A stretch of DNA of 64,000 bases from a virus. Position numbers and translations under genes: made by a program. The DNA is taken from IMG/VR virus record IMGVR_UViG_3300025887_000010, positions 32,001 to 96,000 of that record; one strand, 5' to 3'. The notes below the pieces were generated by a model that saw nothing but the letters and a program-made list of their open reading frames with translations, was not told the origin of the DNA and did no database searches. Shown here one piece after another: positions 63,100 through 64,000 of the stretch (positions are counted from its first letter, which is position 1; each line of letters begins with the position of its first letter).

Positions 63100-64000
63100 A
63101 TGCAGAATGAAAGCTACTTTACGATGCCCATTTCCAATCAAATCTGGGGAATGAAGTACCAACTCAAAAATTTCGATGAAACTCCTATTGATCTTGACGT
63201 AAGAGACACCTGGAATAGAATCGCAGATGCATTATCTCAAAACGAAGAAGATAGCGCAAAAAGGAAAATGGAATTCTACGATTCTCTCGAGAACTTCAAA
63301 TTCCTTCCTGCTGGTCGAATTACTGCAGGTGCAGGAACTGATCGAAATGTGACTCTCTTCAATTGTTTCGTCATGGGCACTATCCCCGATAGTATGAATG
63401 GGATTTTCGACATGTTGAAGGAAGCTGCTTTGACAATGCAACAAGGTGGCGGGATCGGCTATGACTTTAGCACAATACGACCAAAAGGCACAGAAGTCAA
63501 AGGTGTTGCCGCTGATGCATCTGGTCCATTGTCCTTCATGGATGTCTGGGACGCAATGTGTCGTACAGTCATGTCTGCTGGTTCACGTCGAGGAGCAATG
63601 ATGGCGACAATGCGTTGTGATCACCCTGACATCGAGGACTACATAGTTGCGAAACACGATGCCGCACGTCTTCGCATGTTCAATATGTCCGTCCTGATCA
63701 CTGACTCGTTTATGGATGCTGTAAAAAGTGACAGTATGTGGGACCTTGTCTGGCAAGGCAAAGTCCATAAGAGCATGAAAGCACGTGATCTGTGGAATGC
63801 AATCATGAAATCAACATATGATGCTGCCGAACCCGGCGTGATTTTTATCGACCGCATCAACCAGATGAACAATCTGAACTATTGCGAAACGATTGCCGCA
63901 ACGAACCCCTGCGGTGAACAGCCACTGCCGCCCTATGGCGCCTGTCTTCTTGGCTCTATCAATCTTGCGCAGTTGGTTGTCGATCCATTCACTGACGATG
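63100..64000 (+). CDS. nrdJ: Class II (B12-dependent) ribonucleotide reductase, 3' end outside the window
   Basis: Manual translation: PISNQIWGMKY, FLPAGRITAGAG, TLFNCFVMG, QQGGGIGYDFS, RRGAMM, TNPCGEQPLPPYGACLLGSINL. Confidence 0.95.
   Translation, partial: MQNESYFTMPISNQIWGMKYQLKNFDETPIDLDVRDTWNRIADALSQNEEDSAKRKMEFYDSLENFKFLPAGRITAGAGTDRNVTLFNCFVMGTIPDSMNGIFDMLKEAALTMQQGGGIGYDFSTIRPKGTEVKGVAADASGPLSFMDVWDAMCRTVMSAGSRRGAMMATMRCDHPDIEDYIVAKHDAARLRMFNMSVLITDSFMDAVKSDSMWDLVWQGKVHKSMKARDLWNAIMKSTYDAAEPGVIFIDRINQMNNLNYCETIAATNPCGEQPLPPYGACLLGSINLAQLVVDPFTDD

Noticed and set aside
1-64000. Inteins, group I introns, homing endonucleases, integrase or IS elements
   Set aside because: No such motifs were seen; core genes (ligase, uvsW, gp20, gp23, rnh, the visible part of nrdJ) have normal uninterrupted lengths.

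Overview
64 kb segment of a T4-superfamily (Tevenvirinae-like) myophage genome with a strongly rearranged gene order. The host is probably an alphaproteobacterium, inferred from a GapR/DUF2312-like gene and a Rhodobacterales/Rhizobiales-type class II nrdJ. Genes in 1-35.9 kb are on the minus strand. They include recombination/replication/transcription genes (gp46, gp47, gp55, gp32, gp59?, gp33, ligase, uvsW), a nucleotide/DNA-modification region and the head module (gp23, gp22, gp21, gp67-like, gp20, gp2, gp29-like, gp6, gp25, gp16). After a 520-bp divergent intergenic region, 36.5-64 kb is on the plus strand: topoisomerase II, amidase endolysin, tail/baseplate genes, fibres, RNase H and nrdJ. 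The most notable feature is a candidate DNA hypermodification pathway. A T4 gp42-type dCMP hydroxymethylase co-occurs with a T4 beta-glucosyltransferase-like enzyme translationally coupled to a UDP-galactopyranose mutase (Glf), a second (GT4) glycosyltransferase, an FkbM methyltransferase and two all-alpha NTP pyrophosphatases. This suggests furanosyl (galactofuranosyl), possibly extended or methylated, hydroxymethylcytosine DNA. Other notable items are a dCMP deaminase-acyl carrier protein fusion, a candidate variant late promoter (TAAAATA), a family of putative capsid-targeted internal proteins, a secreted PD-(D/E)XK-like protein and a degenerate cyclic-phosphate receiver domain. All family calls come from motif recognition by eye; no database searches were run.
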